NCBI GenBank assembly: GCA_042218075.1
Contig: JBDGRK010000018.1
Coordinates: 32,001-96,000 of the forward strand
Source: Candidatus Nanohaloarchaea archaeon
GTDB lineage: Archaea; Nanohalarchaeota; Nanosalinia; Nanosalinales; Nanosalinaceae
Direction: 5' to 3'
Length of the DNA: 64,000 nucleotides
A program made the position numbers and the translations under genes. Of this stretch, positions 18,982 to 27,509 are shown one piece after another (the first letter of the stretch is position 1; each line of letters opens with the position of its first letter). The notes under the pieces are model-generated. The model did not search any database. It saw nothing but the letters and a program-made list of their open reading frames with translations, and was not told the DNA's origin.

Positions 18982-19743
18982 TCACTCCCATTCCATCTTC
19001 TTGGCCTTGTGACCCAGCATGCCATCGTAGCCTGAAGTCGACATCAGGACAGGATAGAATTCCTTCTCAGCTCTCATCTCTTCACTCTCTCCTCTCGCGA
19101 AAACTTCTCCTTTATCGACCTTCTCAAAGTTCTCCGCTACAAACTCCCAGTCGCCCATCACTGTTCCTATCCTCTTGAAATGTTCTGGAGAGGAAGTCTC
19201 GAACTCCTGTTCTATCACACCCTCGGATGCTAGAAAGTTCTTCATCACCCTATAGGCGTTCTCCGCAGCTTTTCCGGTTCCCTGCTCACCGGCTTCAAGA
19301 GTAACTCCATCTACTTGCTCATTCAAAGCTCCTACACTCACAGGAAAATGGCACGAATAATCAACCCCTGTCGATTCAATAAGCGATCTGACCTCAGTAT
19401 TCTTCCTGCTGTGGTTTGCAAACGGTCTATCAAACGATTTTGTCGAATGGACGTCGAGAACCTTCGTGCCTTTGACTTTTTCTAGTATTTTCGCCGCGAG
19501 CCTCTCCTCGTAATTTTCAGAATCTAAATTGCCGGGAAAAGACCTGTTAAGATCCACTTCAGTGAACCTCTCTCCCTTTTCTAGAGCTCTTTGATTCGCT
19601 ACCAGGAACTGGACGGGTTTCCTGAACTCCCACTCCTTGTCGAGGAATCTTTCAATCGCCTCCTTGCCGCAGGGCTCGTCACCATGTATGCATCCCGATA
19701 CCGTGTACTCTGGATTTTCTTCTCCCCTTCTTTCTACTCTCAC
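18982..19743 (-). CDS. Succinylglutamate desuccinylase/aspartoacylase family protein
   Basis: IHGDEPCG, DLNRSFPG, LDVHST, TLEAG. Confidence 0.88.
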   Translation of the reverse strand: MRVERRGEENPEYTVSGCIHGDEPCGKEAIERFLDKEWEFRKPVQFLVANQRALEKGERFTEVDLNRSFPGNLDSENYEERLAAKILEKVKGTKVLDVHSTKSFDRPFANHSRKNTEVRSLIESTGVDYSCHFPVSVGALNEQVDGVTLEAGEQGTGKAAENAYRVMKNFLASEGVIEQEFETSSPEHFKRIGTVMGDWEFVAENFEKVDKGEVFARGESEEMRAEKEFYPVLMSTSGYDGMLGHKAKKMEWE

Positions 19744-19767
19744 AGCTTAAGAATACTAAGACGGCAT

Positions 19768-20940
19768 TTAAGAATTCTTCTCGAGTGCCTGGATCGCTGG
19801 AAGATCCTCTCCGCTCATGAATCTCACGAAAGCTCCACCCGCAATCGAAACGTGTGAGAACTCGTCCAGTTCGTGATCGAAGCGGTGCACAAGCGAGGAA
19901 GTGTGGCCGCCTCCCAGCACGGTGAAGCAATCTGTCTCCGCTATGGCTTCAACTATTTTCCTCGTTCCTTCAGGGTGTTCCTCGAATGCTCCCATCGGAC
20001 CCTTCATCAGGATATCATCCGCCTCTCTTATCTCTGATACAAATTTTTTTGTAGTTCCCTCGCCGATGTCCCAGGTCATCTCTCCCCCGGGCACTTCCCC
20101 AACCTCGTAATCGCCAGAATCAGTCCTTACATCTGCGGGAAGAACAATCTTCTCGCCATGTTTATCCAGTATCTGTCTCAACTCTTCCTCCCTTGAGGAA
20201 AAGCTCTGCTCCTCTATCCACTCGCTCTTCTCACCCAGATCGTGCCCCTTGATCTTCAGCGCCAGTTCTCCGGGGATCCCGCCCAGAAGCACCTTATCCA
20301 CGTCTTCAATCATTTCGTTCATAATCCCTATCAGATCTGAAGGTTTTTCTCCCCCTAAAACCATCAATCCGTCGTGGAATTCCTCACTGACTCTGGAGCA
20401 GTTCTCATACTCCTTCTGCATTATGGGTCCGGCACAGGATTCCAGCCTTTCCGTAAACCCGACCATCGAGCCGTGGGATCTATGTGCGGCGGAGAAGGCA
20501 TCATCGACATAGATATCGAAGTACTGGGATATCTTCTCAACAAAAAAGTCGTGAGCGTGGACCTGTGCGGGAGCGTTCTGGAGCTCTTCGGACAGGAACC
20601 GTATGTTCTCCAGCATCGCCACCTCACCATTATCCATCCTCGCAACTTTCTCCCCGAGTTCGGGACCGAAGAAACTTGGTACGAACTCAACTTCTCTTTC
20701 CATGGATTCTTCGAGTATTTCCGAATGTTTCTCCAAGGACAGGAAATCCTTCCTTGCCGGCCTCCCCTGGTGCGCGACTATCACCACTTTCGCATCTTTT
20801 CCACTCAGTTCCTCGATAGTTTCCAGGTATCTCTCGAACCTCACAGTCTTCCTGGGTTCGCCATCCTCTATAGGAAGGTTCAGGTCCGTCCTGAGAAGTA
20901 CTCTCCTTCCCTCTAACTCCACATCTTCAAAAGTCCGCAT
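19768..20940 (-). CDS. pgk: Phosphoglycerate kinase
   Basis: RTDLNLP, HQGRP, LENIRF, DAFSAAHRSH, GGGHT. Confidence 0.95.
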   Translation of the reverse strand: MRTFEDVELEGRRVLLRTDLNLPIEDGEPRKTVRFERYLETIEELSGKDAKVVIVAHQGRPARKDFLSLEKHSEILEESMEREVEFVPSFFGPELGEKVARMDNGEVAMLENIRFLSEELQNAPAQVHAHDFFVEKISQYFDIYVDDAFSAAHRSHGSMVGFTERLESCAGPIMQKEYENCSRVSEEFHDGLMVLGGEKPSDLIGIMNEMIEDVDKVLLGGIPGELALKIKGHDLGEKSEWIEEQSFSSREEELRQILDKHGEKIVLPADVRTDSGDYEVGEVPGGEMTWDIGEGTTKKFVSEIREADDILMKGPMGAFEEHPEGTRKIVEAIAETDCFTVLGGGHTSSLVHRFDHELDEFSHVSIAGGAFVRFMSGEDLPAIQALEKNS

Positions 20941-20998
20941 CAGTATTACGTTGTATTACCTCGATCGTTTTTAAGGCTTAACCGGGAAAAAACCAGAT

Positions 20999-21454
20999 AT
21001 GACAGAAGAACTGAAAATCAGGGTAGAGGACGAAAGTCGGGCCAAAAACAGGATTAAAGAGGTTGGAGCCGATCTAGAGAAAAAAGTTTCGGTGAAAGAC
21101 ACTTACTTCCAGGGACAGGGAGAAGACGAACTCAAAATAACGGAAACTGGTGAAGGAGAGTTTCTAAGGAAGTATGAGAAAAAAGATTCCGGCTTTCAGC
21201 AGGTAAAAAATGATGAAGTTGAAAATCCTGATGAAAAGAAACAGCAACTGGAGCAGCAATTCGGCATAAAGACAGTACAGCAGAAAGAGATAAGCTACTA
21301 TTCACTGGGAGACAAGACCATAATTCTGAACAGGATACGGAATACAGGAGTCTTCCTAATTCAGGGAGAAAACGTTAGGAAAGAGTTTCTGGAAGAAGAA
21401 CTTGGTTTTGAGAACTCTGAGTATATTGAAGCACCGTTCAGCGATCTTGAATGA
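20999..21454 (+). CDS. CYTH-domain protein
   Basis: N-terminal EELKIRV and DTYF motifs. Confidence 0.7.
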   Translation: MTEELKIRVEDESRAKNRIKEVGADLEKKVSVKDTYFQGQGEDELKITETGEGEFLRKYEKKDSGFQQVKNDEVENPDEKKQQLEQQFGIKTVQQKEISYYSLGDKTIILNRIRNTGVFLIQGENVRKEFLEEELGFENSEYIEAPFSDLE

Positions 21455-21733
21455 CTATGCCTCAACTTTCCTAGAATTCTCAATCTCCTCATCCATAATT
21501 TTGCCAAGATAGTTCACGATCTCTGAATCCGGGTTCAGCCTGTAGAGGGTTGTTCCAACGTACTTCTTTTTCTCCATAACTATGCGGTTTTGTTCCAGTT
21601 TATCCCATATTTTGTAAAGTGTGGAGCGTGAAATCTCTGCTTTATCCGCCAGTTCTGTTTTGGAGTATCCTACGTTCGGATGATCGAGTAAAACATCCAA
21701 AACTTTTTCTATCCTGTCATCAATCAGAGTCAT
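21455..21733 (-). CDS. Winged-helix DNA-binding protein
   Basis: YSKTELADKAEISRSTLY HTH. Confidence 0.75.
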   Translation of the reverse strand: MTLIDDRIEKVLDVLLDHPNVGYSKTELADKAEISRSTLYKIWDKLEQNRIVMEKKKYVGTTLYRLNPDSEIVNYLGKIMDEEIENSRKVEA

Positions 21734-21814
21734 ATAAGGTAGGAAGAATCAAGATATATAATTGTTTTGATTTTCCAACACTGAACGTCCAGAAATATAC
21801 ACACAAGGGAAAAT

Positions 21815-22093
21815 ATGGACTCAGAGGAAAAGAAAATAGCCATTCTGGCGAAACTTGCGAGGAAGAAAAAGTTAGGCATGAACTACATCCCTAAAGAAAA
21901 GGCTTTCAGCAAGATTCCATCTCACGACCGCGGAAATCTTGACAGTATTCTCAAAGAAATGCGTAGAAACGGACTGATCGAATTTCACAAGAACCGGAAA
22001 TGTATTTCCATCAATCCCGGAGCAGTGCCTGAAGTTATCGAACCAATTGGCGAGGAAGTTCCTGATTATATCATCGAGAGACTGGAGAGCTAG
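21815..22093 (+). CDS. Small hypothetical protein, possibly winged-helix
   Basis: 92-aa ORF divergent from the wHTH gene. Confidence 0.55.
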   Translation: MDSEEKKIAILAKLARKKKLGMNYIPKEKAFSKIPSHDRGNLDSILKEMRRNGLIEFHKNRKCISINPGAVPEVIEPIGEEVPDYIIERLES

Positions 22094-22135
22094 TCAAACC
22101 ATATTTAACTTCTTCCTCGTAAAACTTCAACACTA

Positions 22136-22283
22136 ATGAAAGGTGAATATTTTGGATTGTCGCAGGTTCCATCTGGAAGCTGCGTTGAGAAGCAGAATTC
22201 CTGCTTCGAATCGGCGATCAAGTAAAGTTTCTATAAAACCAGCTGTAGCTATAAAAACTTCTTCTCCGAGTGATTCTGCATGA
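22136..22283 (+). promoter_or_regulatory. glyS leader: 29-aa uORF MKGEYFG... with candidate +1 shift site TAT-TTT-GGA
   Basis: uORF 22136-22225; +1 frame open 42 codons to TGA 22281-22283 overlapping glyS ATG 22280; TATA-like ATTTAA at 22103-22108. Confidence 0.68.
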
Positions 22284-23989
22284 GGCTAGGCGAGAAAGTC
22301 ACCGAGCTTTCGAAGAGAAGAGGCTTCTATTTCCATACCTCCGGGGCTTATGGTGGAGTCGGAGGCTTCCAGACTTTCGGTCCAGAGGGAGCAGAACTGA
22401 AGAGAAATATTGAAGACTCCTGGAGAGATAAGTTCTCGCGCGAGCTTGGAAACAGGGAGATTGAAGCTCCGACAATCATGCAGGAAGACGTTTTCCGGGC
22501 TTCTGGCCACCTGGAGACTTTCGATGATATGATCATCGAGTGCCCGGAATGCGGAGAGTCCATCAGGGCAGACCACCTGGTCGAAGACAACACCGGTATA
22601 GAGGAAGCGGAGAGCCTTTCGACGGAGAGAATAGAAGAGCTGATCTCCGGGCACGACATCAAGTGCGGCTCATGCGGCAATGAACTCTCGGAAATCGAGG
22701 TGGAAGACTTCAACCTGATGTTCGAGACTTCTATCGGTCCGGGAGATTCACAGCCCGGATACCTGAGGCCAGAGACAGCGCAGGGCATCTTCGTTGAGTT
22801 TCCGCAGCTGAAAGAATACGAGAGAAACCAGCTCCCGTTTGGTATAACCCAGATAGGTAAGGCGTACAGGAACGAGATATCTCCGAGGAAAGGGCTTGTC
22901 AGGGTCAGGGAGCTGACTCAGGCAGAACTGGAAAAGTTCATCGATCCGGTGGAGGATGAACCGCCGCTTGAGGAGGTAGATGACGTGGAGCTTAAGCTCT
23001 ATCCGCGTGAAAGACAGGGAGAAGGAGAACAGGATTACCTCAGGCTCACCGTTAGAGAGGCAGTCGAAGAGGAAGTTGTTGAGTCTGAGTGGATAGCCTA
23101 CTACCTCGCTCACGCCAAGCTCTGGTTCGAGTCGATTGGAGTCGACATGGAAAGGTTCAGGTTCCGCCAGCACCTGGAGGACGAGCTCTCCCACTACTCG
23201 ACGGACTGCTGGGACGCTGAATCACAGGTGGATGGAGACTGGATAGAGATCGCGGGATTCTCATACAGGGGGTGCTACGACCTTTCAAAGCACGAAAAGT
23301 ATTCCCAAGATGACTTCAAAGTCTTCAAAGAATATGAAGAGCCGAGGGTCGAGAAAAGAGCGAAGGTGGATCCCGACATGGGCTGGCTTGGTCCAACTTA
23401 CGGAGACCACGCTTCAGAGATAAGTGAAGAGCTAGAGAGGATGGTGGAGGAAGAGCCAGAAGTCTTCGAGAGGAATGAAGAGCTGAGGCTGGAGATTGAC
23501 GGAAAGATGTTTGAAGTTCCGGTTGAGAAGACAGGCTTCAAGATAGAAGAAGTTAAGAAGAACGGCGAGCACATTCTGCCACACGTCGCGGAGCCTTCCT
23601 TCGGCATCGACAGGGCAGTCTACACTGTGCTTGGCCACGCCTACGACGAGGACGAGGTTGATGGAGAAGAACGGAAGGTGCTCAGGATGTCGAATGATGT
23701 TGTGCCGACGCAAGTAGCTGTCTTTCCACTAATGGACAAGCCGGAGCTGAGTGAAAAAGCCAGAGAGGTCGAGCAAAAGCTGAGGAATGCTGGATTCTCT
23801 GTGAAGTACGATGAGTCGGGAAGCATCGGAAAGCGCTACAGGAGGCAGGACGAGATCGGGACTCCTTTCTGCATCACCGTTGACTACGAAACCCTTGAAG
23901 AGGAGCCGGAGACAGTCACTGTAAGGTACAGGGATTCGACAGAGCAGGAAAGAATAGACATCAGTAAACTCAAAGAATACCTGGAGTAA
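22280..23989 (+). CDS. glyS: Glycyl-tRNA synthetase (alpha2 type)
   Basis: YLRPETAQGIF, YRNEISPR, EPSFGIDR, RYRRQDEIGTP. Confidence 0.96.
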   Translation: MRLGEKVTELSKRRGFYFHTSGAYGGVGGFQTFGPEGAELKRNIEDSWRDKFSRELGNREIEAPTIMQEDVFRASGHLETFDDMIIECPECGESIRADHLVEDNTGIEEAESLSTERIEELISGHDIKCGSCGNELSEIEVEDFNLMFETSIGPGDSQPGYLRPETAQGIFVEFPQLKEYERNQLPFGITQIGKAYRNEISPRKGLVRVRELTQAELEKFIDPVEDEPPLEEVDDVELKLYPRERQGEGEQDYLRLTVREAVEEEVVESEWIAYYLAHAKLWFESIGVDMERFRFRQHLEDELSHYSTDCWDAESQVDGDWIEIAGFSYRGCYDLSKHEKYSQDDFKVFKEYEEPRVEKRAKVDPDMGWLGPTYGDHASEISEELERMVEEEPEVFERNEELRLEIDGKMFEVPVEKTGFKIEEVKKNGEHILPHVAEPSFGIDRAVYTVLGHAYDEDEVDGEERKVLRMSNDVVPTQVAVFPLMDKPELSEKAREVEQKLRNAGFSVKYDESGSIGKRYRRQDEIGTPFCITVDYETLEEEPETVTVRYRDSTEQERIDISKLKEYLE

Positions 23990-24016
23990 AGGCTCTGAAT
24001 ACTTTTTCCCTTTCTT

Positions 24017-24775
24017 ATGAAGCCAGAAAACATCGCTCCCTTCTTGAAGGAAATCCTGAGATCGGGACGTGAACTTGAAGGAGGCCTGTATTCGAACCCA
24101 GAACTCTACGATGCAGTATATACTCTGGATGCGGATTACCCGATCCTGGAAAGTAAAGTCAGGCAGAATATTGAGAAGGGTTCTTCTATTCTTTACATCG
24201 GCTGTGGTACGGGAAACCTGATAAGGAGGCTGGAGAACGACTACGAGATATTAGGAATTGACAGGAGCAGTCAGATGACAGATTACGCTTCAGAGAAAGT
24301 TGACTCTGAGATCAGAAATAAGAGTTCTTTCGAGATGGATTTTCATGAAGAATTCGACGCTGTGATACAGTTCGGTCTTTCTCTCAACTATATACTTTCG
24401 GAAAGAGAGATGGAGAGTCACTTCAGAAAGATAGGGGAGGCACTGAAGGAAGGAGGAGTATATCTGGCGGATTTCTGGACTTTGCTTGATAAGGGATCAG
24501 GATGGAAGACAGAATACGAGCTGGAAGGAGTTGATCTAGTTGTAGGATACAGCTTTGAAGAACTTGAGCATTGCATGGAGATGGAGATCAAGTTCAGGAT
24601 TTCCTCCGATTTAGGTTCAGAGAAATTTAACAACACCCACAGGATAAGGAGCTGGGAGGTCGCGGAAATCAAGCAAATTCTGGAGCTTGGTGGGCTTGAG
24701 GCCGTTGGTTCCGAAAAACTGTACGATCACCATAACTTCAGACTCGTAGAGGCAACCAGAGATAAAACAGGTTGA
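24017..24775 (+). CDS. Class I SAM-dependent methyltransferase
   Basis: ILYIGCGTG, GID, LKEGGVYLAD. Confidence 0.85.
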   Translation: MKPENIAPFLKEILRSGRELEGGLYSNPELYDAVYTLDADYPILESKVRQNIEKGSSILYIGCGTGNLIRRLENDYEILGIDRSSQMTDYASEKVDSEIRNKSSFEMDFHEEFDAVIQFGLSLNYILSEREMESHFRKIGEALKEGGVYLADFWTLLDKGSGWKTEYELEGVDLVVGYSFEELEHCMEMEIKFRISSDLGSEKFNNTHRIRSWEVAEIKQILELGGLEAVGSEKLYDHHNFRLVEATRDKTG

Positions 24776-24801
24776 TAAAGAAGGGAGTCGTAGATTCTGG
24801 T

Positions 24802-25761
24802 ATGGCTGAATGCTCAAAATGCGGGAAGGAATCGATGAGCTTCACCTGCAAGTACTGCGGTGAAAAATACTGCTCGGAGCACCGTCTTCCCGAGAAGCAT
24901 GATTGCGATGGGCTGGAGGAAAAGCTGGAGGAGGAAAAAGAAAAAGAGGAAGACCAGTGGTTCCAGGAGAATAAGGTGAAGAATCCCGCTCCCTCCCGGA
25001 CGGAAAGAGAGTTCAGGAAGCCCTCTATCAAGCGTGATCTCAAGGAAATAATCACGAGTAATGTAACACTGTCTATAATCGGCTTCACTACTCTTGTTTT
25101 CGCGGTCCAGTCGATAATAAGCTCTTCACCGGGTTCACAGGCCTACAGTGCATTCTACAGTCTGCTGATTCTTGACCCGGCACTTTCGAGTGTCCTCGCG
25201 AAACCATGGACGCTTCTGACTGTAATGATACTCCACGGAGGGCTCTTCCACCTCTTCGCCAACATGGTAACATTCTACTTCTTCGGTTCGCCGATTGAAA
25301 GACTGGTGGGAGGTAAAAAGCTGCTGAAGTTTTACGCCGGAGCTGGACTTGCAGCCAGCCTTGGATTCGTGTTTTTCAGAAACCTGCTTTTCCTTCTACA
25401 CGGTGAGGCACTGAGATGTATTGTACCGGGAGCCTGCGGAGGCATGGGCGTTCTGGGTCCGGCAGTAGGAGCTTCAGGTGCGGTGGTCGCGTGCTTTGCA
25501 GCGGTCTCAAGGCTTTATCCGGACGCAGAGGTGCTGCTCTACTTCATCATTCCACTGAAGATCAGGACAGCTTTCCTGCTTTTCGCCGGTTTCGAGGGAA
25601 TAAACATGCTTGTGATGCTTCTCGGTTACACTGTTCCGATTGTAGGCGGTCTTGCTTTCTCAGCACATTTCACTGGTCTGATAGTCGGACTCTGGTTCGG
25701 AGAGAGGATAAAGAAGAAGGTGAATACAAGGAGTTCAAGGTTCGAGCTACTGGCGAGATAA
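24802..25761 (+). CDS. Rhomboid intramembrane protease with AN1 zinc finger
   Basis: CKYCGEKYCSEHRLPEKHDC; HLFANM, GASG, AHFTG. Confidence 0.9.
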   Translation: MAECSKCGKESMSFTCKYCGEKYCSEHRLPEKHDCDGLEEKLEEEKEKEEDQWFQENKVKNPAPSRTEREFRKPSIKRDLKEIITSNVTLSIIGFTTLVFAVQSIISSSPGSQAYSAFYSLLILDPALSSVLAKPWTLLTVMILHGGLFHLFANMVTFYFFGSPIERLVGGKKLLKFYAGAGLAASLGFVFFRNLLFLLHGEALRCIVPGACGGMGVLGPAVGASGAVVACFAAVSRLYPDAEVLLYFIIPLKIRTAFLLFAGFEGINMLVMLLGYTVPIVGGLAFSAHFTGLIVGLWFGERIKKKVNTRSSRFELLAR

Positions 25762-25791
25762 ACTTAATAGATTTCATGTCACTGAATATCT

Positions 25792-26238
25792 GTGGGAAAA
25801 AGATTCGAAAATGCCGCTGCCGATGGCATCGAGAGTGTCGAAAACCCGGAGATAGAAGGAGTAAACGCAAATATAAGCTCTGGTTATAATATTCTGGATG
25901 CTTATATTTCGATCTCCACTTTACTCAATGAGTTTAATTCTCCGACAATGGTAGTTGAGGCTAAAAATAATACATGCTACGAAGCGGGAGATAGAGCAAT
26001 CGCAGAAATAAAGGGATATGAAGATTGTGGATTGTTCAATCTTATTTTCAAAAATTCAGAGGAACTTCCAGGTCTTTACAGTGGTGAAGAGCCTGAAGCA
26101 GTGGTTGAAGATCGAGATGGAGATATACAAAGCGGCCAGGTAGTATATTACCAGATTTTACCATATGAAATGGTTGAAAATGATCCAGTTCAAATCACAG
26201 GCGAAAATCCAATAGTCCAGAGATTTTTCTCGGATTAG
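25792..26238 (+). CDS. Hypothetical protein
   Basis: AT-rich acidic ORF filling the gap; start uncertain. Confidence 0.45.
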   Translation: MGKRFENAAADGIESVENPEIEGVNANISSGYNILDAYISISTLLNEFNSPTMVVEAKNNTCYEAGDRAIAEIKGYEDCGLFNLIFKNSEELPGLYSGEEPEAVVEDRDGDIQSGQVVYYQILPYEMVENDPVQITGENPIVQRFFSD

Positions 26239-26780
26239 GGAGTTACCCTTTCCACCTCGTAATAAGTCACCTGCCTCTCCGCGTCGACCACCGCCCAGAG
26301 CATCGTTGCTCGAATATTGTGTGCGAGCCTCACCGCCCTTGACATCTCTTGGAAGCTGGTGTTGTAATCCTCAGGTACTGCATGCACAATCCACTTGGTA
26401 TGCTCGTGGTCTTCCTTCGGCCCGTCCTTGTAAGGATTGACTCCCCTTGGATAGACCCTGAAGTGGGCTCCGAACTTGAAACCTGTCTTCACAATAAAAC
26501 CTCTCTCCCTGAGATCAGAGTAGGCAGCGTACTTGTGGTCGAACTCGTCATCCTCGCTCGAAAAACGGTGGTAAATCTCCTCCCTCTCCAGTTTTTCACC
26601 ATCCTCAACTATCTCAAGCTCCTCCCTATCGACGAGGTGGAGCGCTTCAACGAACGAAAGCTCCAGGTATTCCTCATCGTCAATAAACTTCCCGTAGTAA
26701 ACCTCATCGTGTATCTTCTCCGCTTCTTCCTCGTCCCAGACCTTGACCTTGGTGTCAGAAATTTTGCCTTCTGCAGTCAT
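26235..26780 (-). CDS. endA: tRNA splicing endonuclease (single catalytic unit, 181 aa)
   Basis: LELSFVEALHL, YSDLRERGFIVKTGFKFGAHFRVY; TATA-like TTTAAAA about 25 nt upstream of ATG 26780. Confidence 0.93.
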   Translation of the reverse strand: MTAEGKISDTKVKVWDEEEAEKIHDEVYYGKFIDDEEYLELSFVEALHLVDREELEIVEDGEKLEREEIYHRFSSEDDEFDHKYAAYSDLRERGFIVKTGFKFGAHFRVYPRGVNPYKDGPKEDHEHTKWIVHAVPEDYNTSFQEMSRAVRLAHNIRATMLWAVVDAERQVTYYEVERVTP

Positions 26781-26811
26781 AGCAGAAAAAACACAGTGAA
26801 CTTTTAAATTG

Positions 26812-27509
26812 TCAGAACTCTCCGAGCCCGCTCTGCTCAGACTCATCGATCAGGTCCTGTGAGGTACTCCAGCTCAACCTTGCCTCCGGCGGGAGTTCGC
26901 CTTTCTCTTTCAGGTATTTCTTCAGGAATTCTCTCGTCGGCTTGTCATGCGGGTAGCCCGACTTGAAGTCGTAGCCGTACTTTTTCTGAAGTTTTTCTAC
27001 ATGCTCCTCCCTTGCCGACTTTGCCACTATGGAAGCTGCTGATACTATATCATATTCTTCATCTGCCCCGTGCTCCGCCACAAACTTCATATCCTTGAAC
27101 TTAACCGGCAACTGGTCTTTCAGCTTCCGGATGAATCGGTCTCCATCCGGCTCCGGCAGATCCACAAATACTTCATCCGCATCCGACCTCCTTATGACGT
27201 CAACAAAACCTTTAACCTCGATCTCGTTCAGGTTCATCACCTGGCTGAGCTCATCTATCTCCGAGGCCTCTATCTCTTTCAGGAAAGTCCTTCCAAGACC
27301 ATCAAGCTGCTCTCTCAGTCTTTCCCTTTTCGAATCAGAAAGCTTCTTCGAATCTTTAACTCCAAGTTCGTCCAGTTCGTCCATTCGGGCCTCATCAACC
27401 ATGAAGCCTCCAATAAACATCGAGCCGATGACGGGGCCTTTAGGCCAAACAAGACCGGAGATCCCGTTTATCTGCCTGCCTCGTCAACGCCCATGATCTT
27501 TTTAGTCAC
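26812..27509 (-). CDS. rnhB: Ribonuclease HII, interrupted by a 32-nt intron
   Basis: Exon 1 27509-27472 plus exon 2 27439-26812 gives 221 aa MTKKIMGVDEAGRGPVIGSM...VKDSKKLS...VSAASIVAK...SGYPHD. Confidence 0.9.
27440..27471 (-). other. Bulge-helix-bulge intron in rnhB mRNA
   Basis: AGGC-AG^A...GCCT-AA^A: 4-bp helix, two 3-nt bulges, inner stem TAAACGGGA/TCTTGTTTG; removal restores frame and DEAGRGP. Confidence 0.85.

Noticed and set aside
26780-27509. EndA autoregulation by cutting a shared rnhB-endA transcript
   Set aside because: endA has its own TATA-like box about 25 nt upstream, so co-transcription cannot be assumed.
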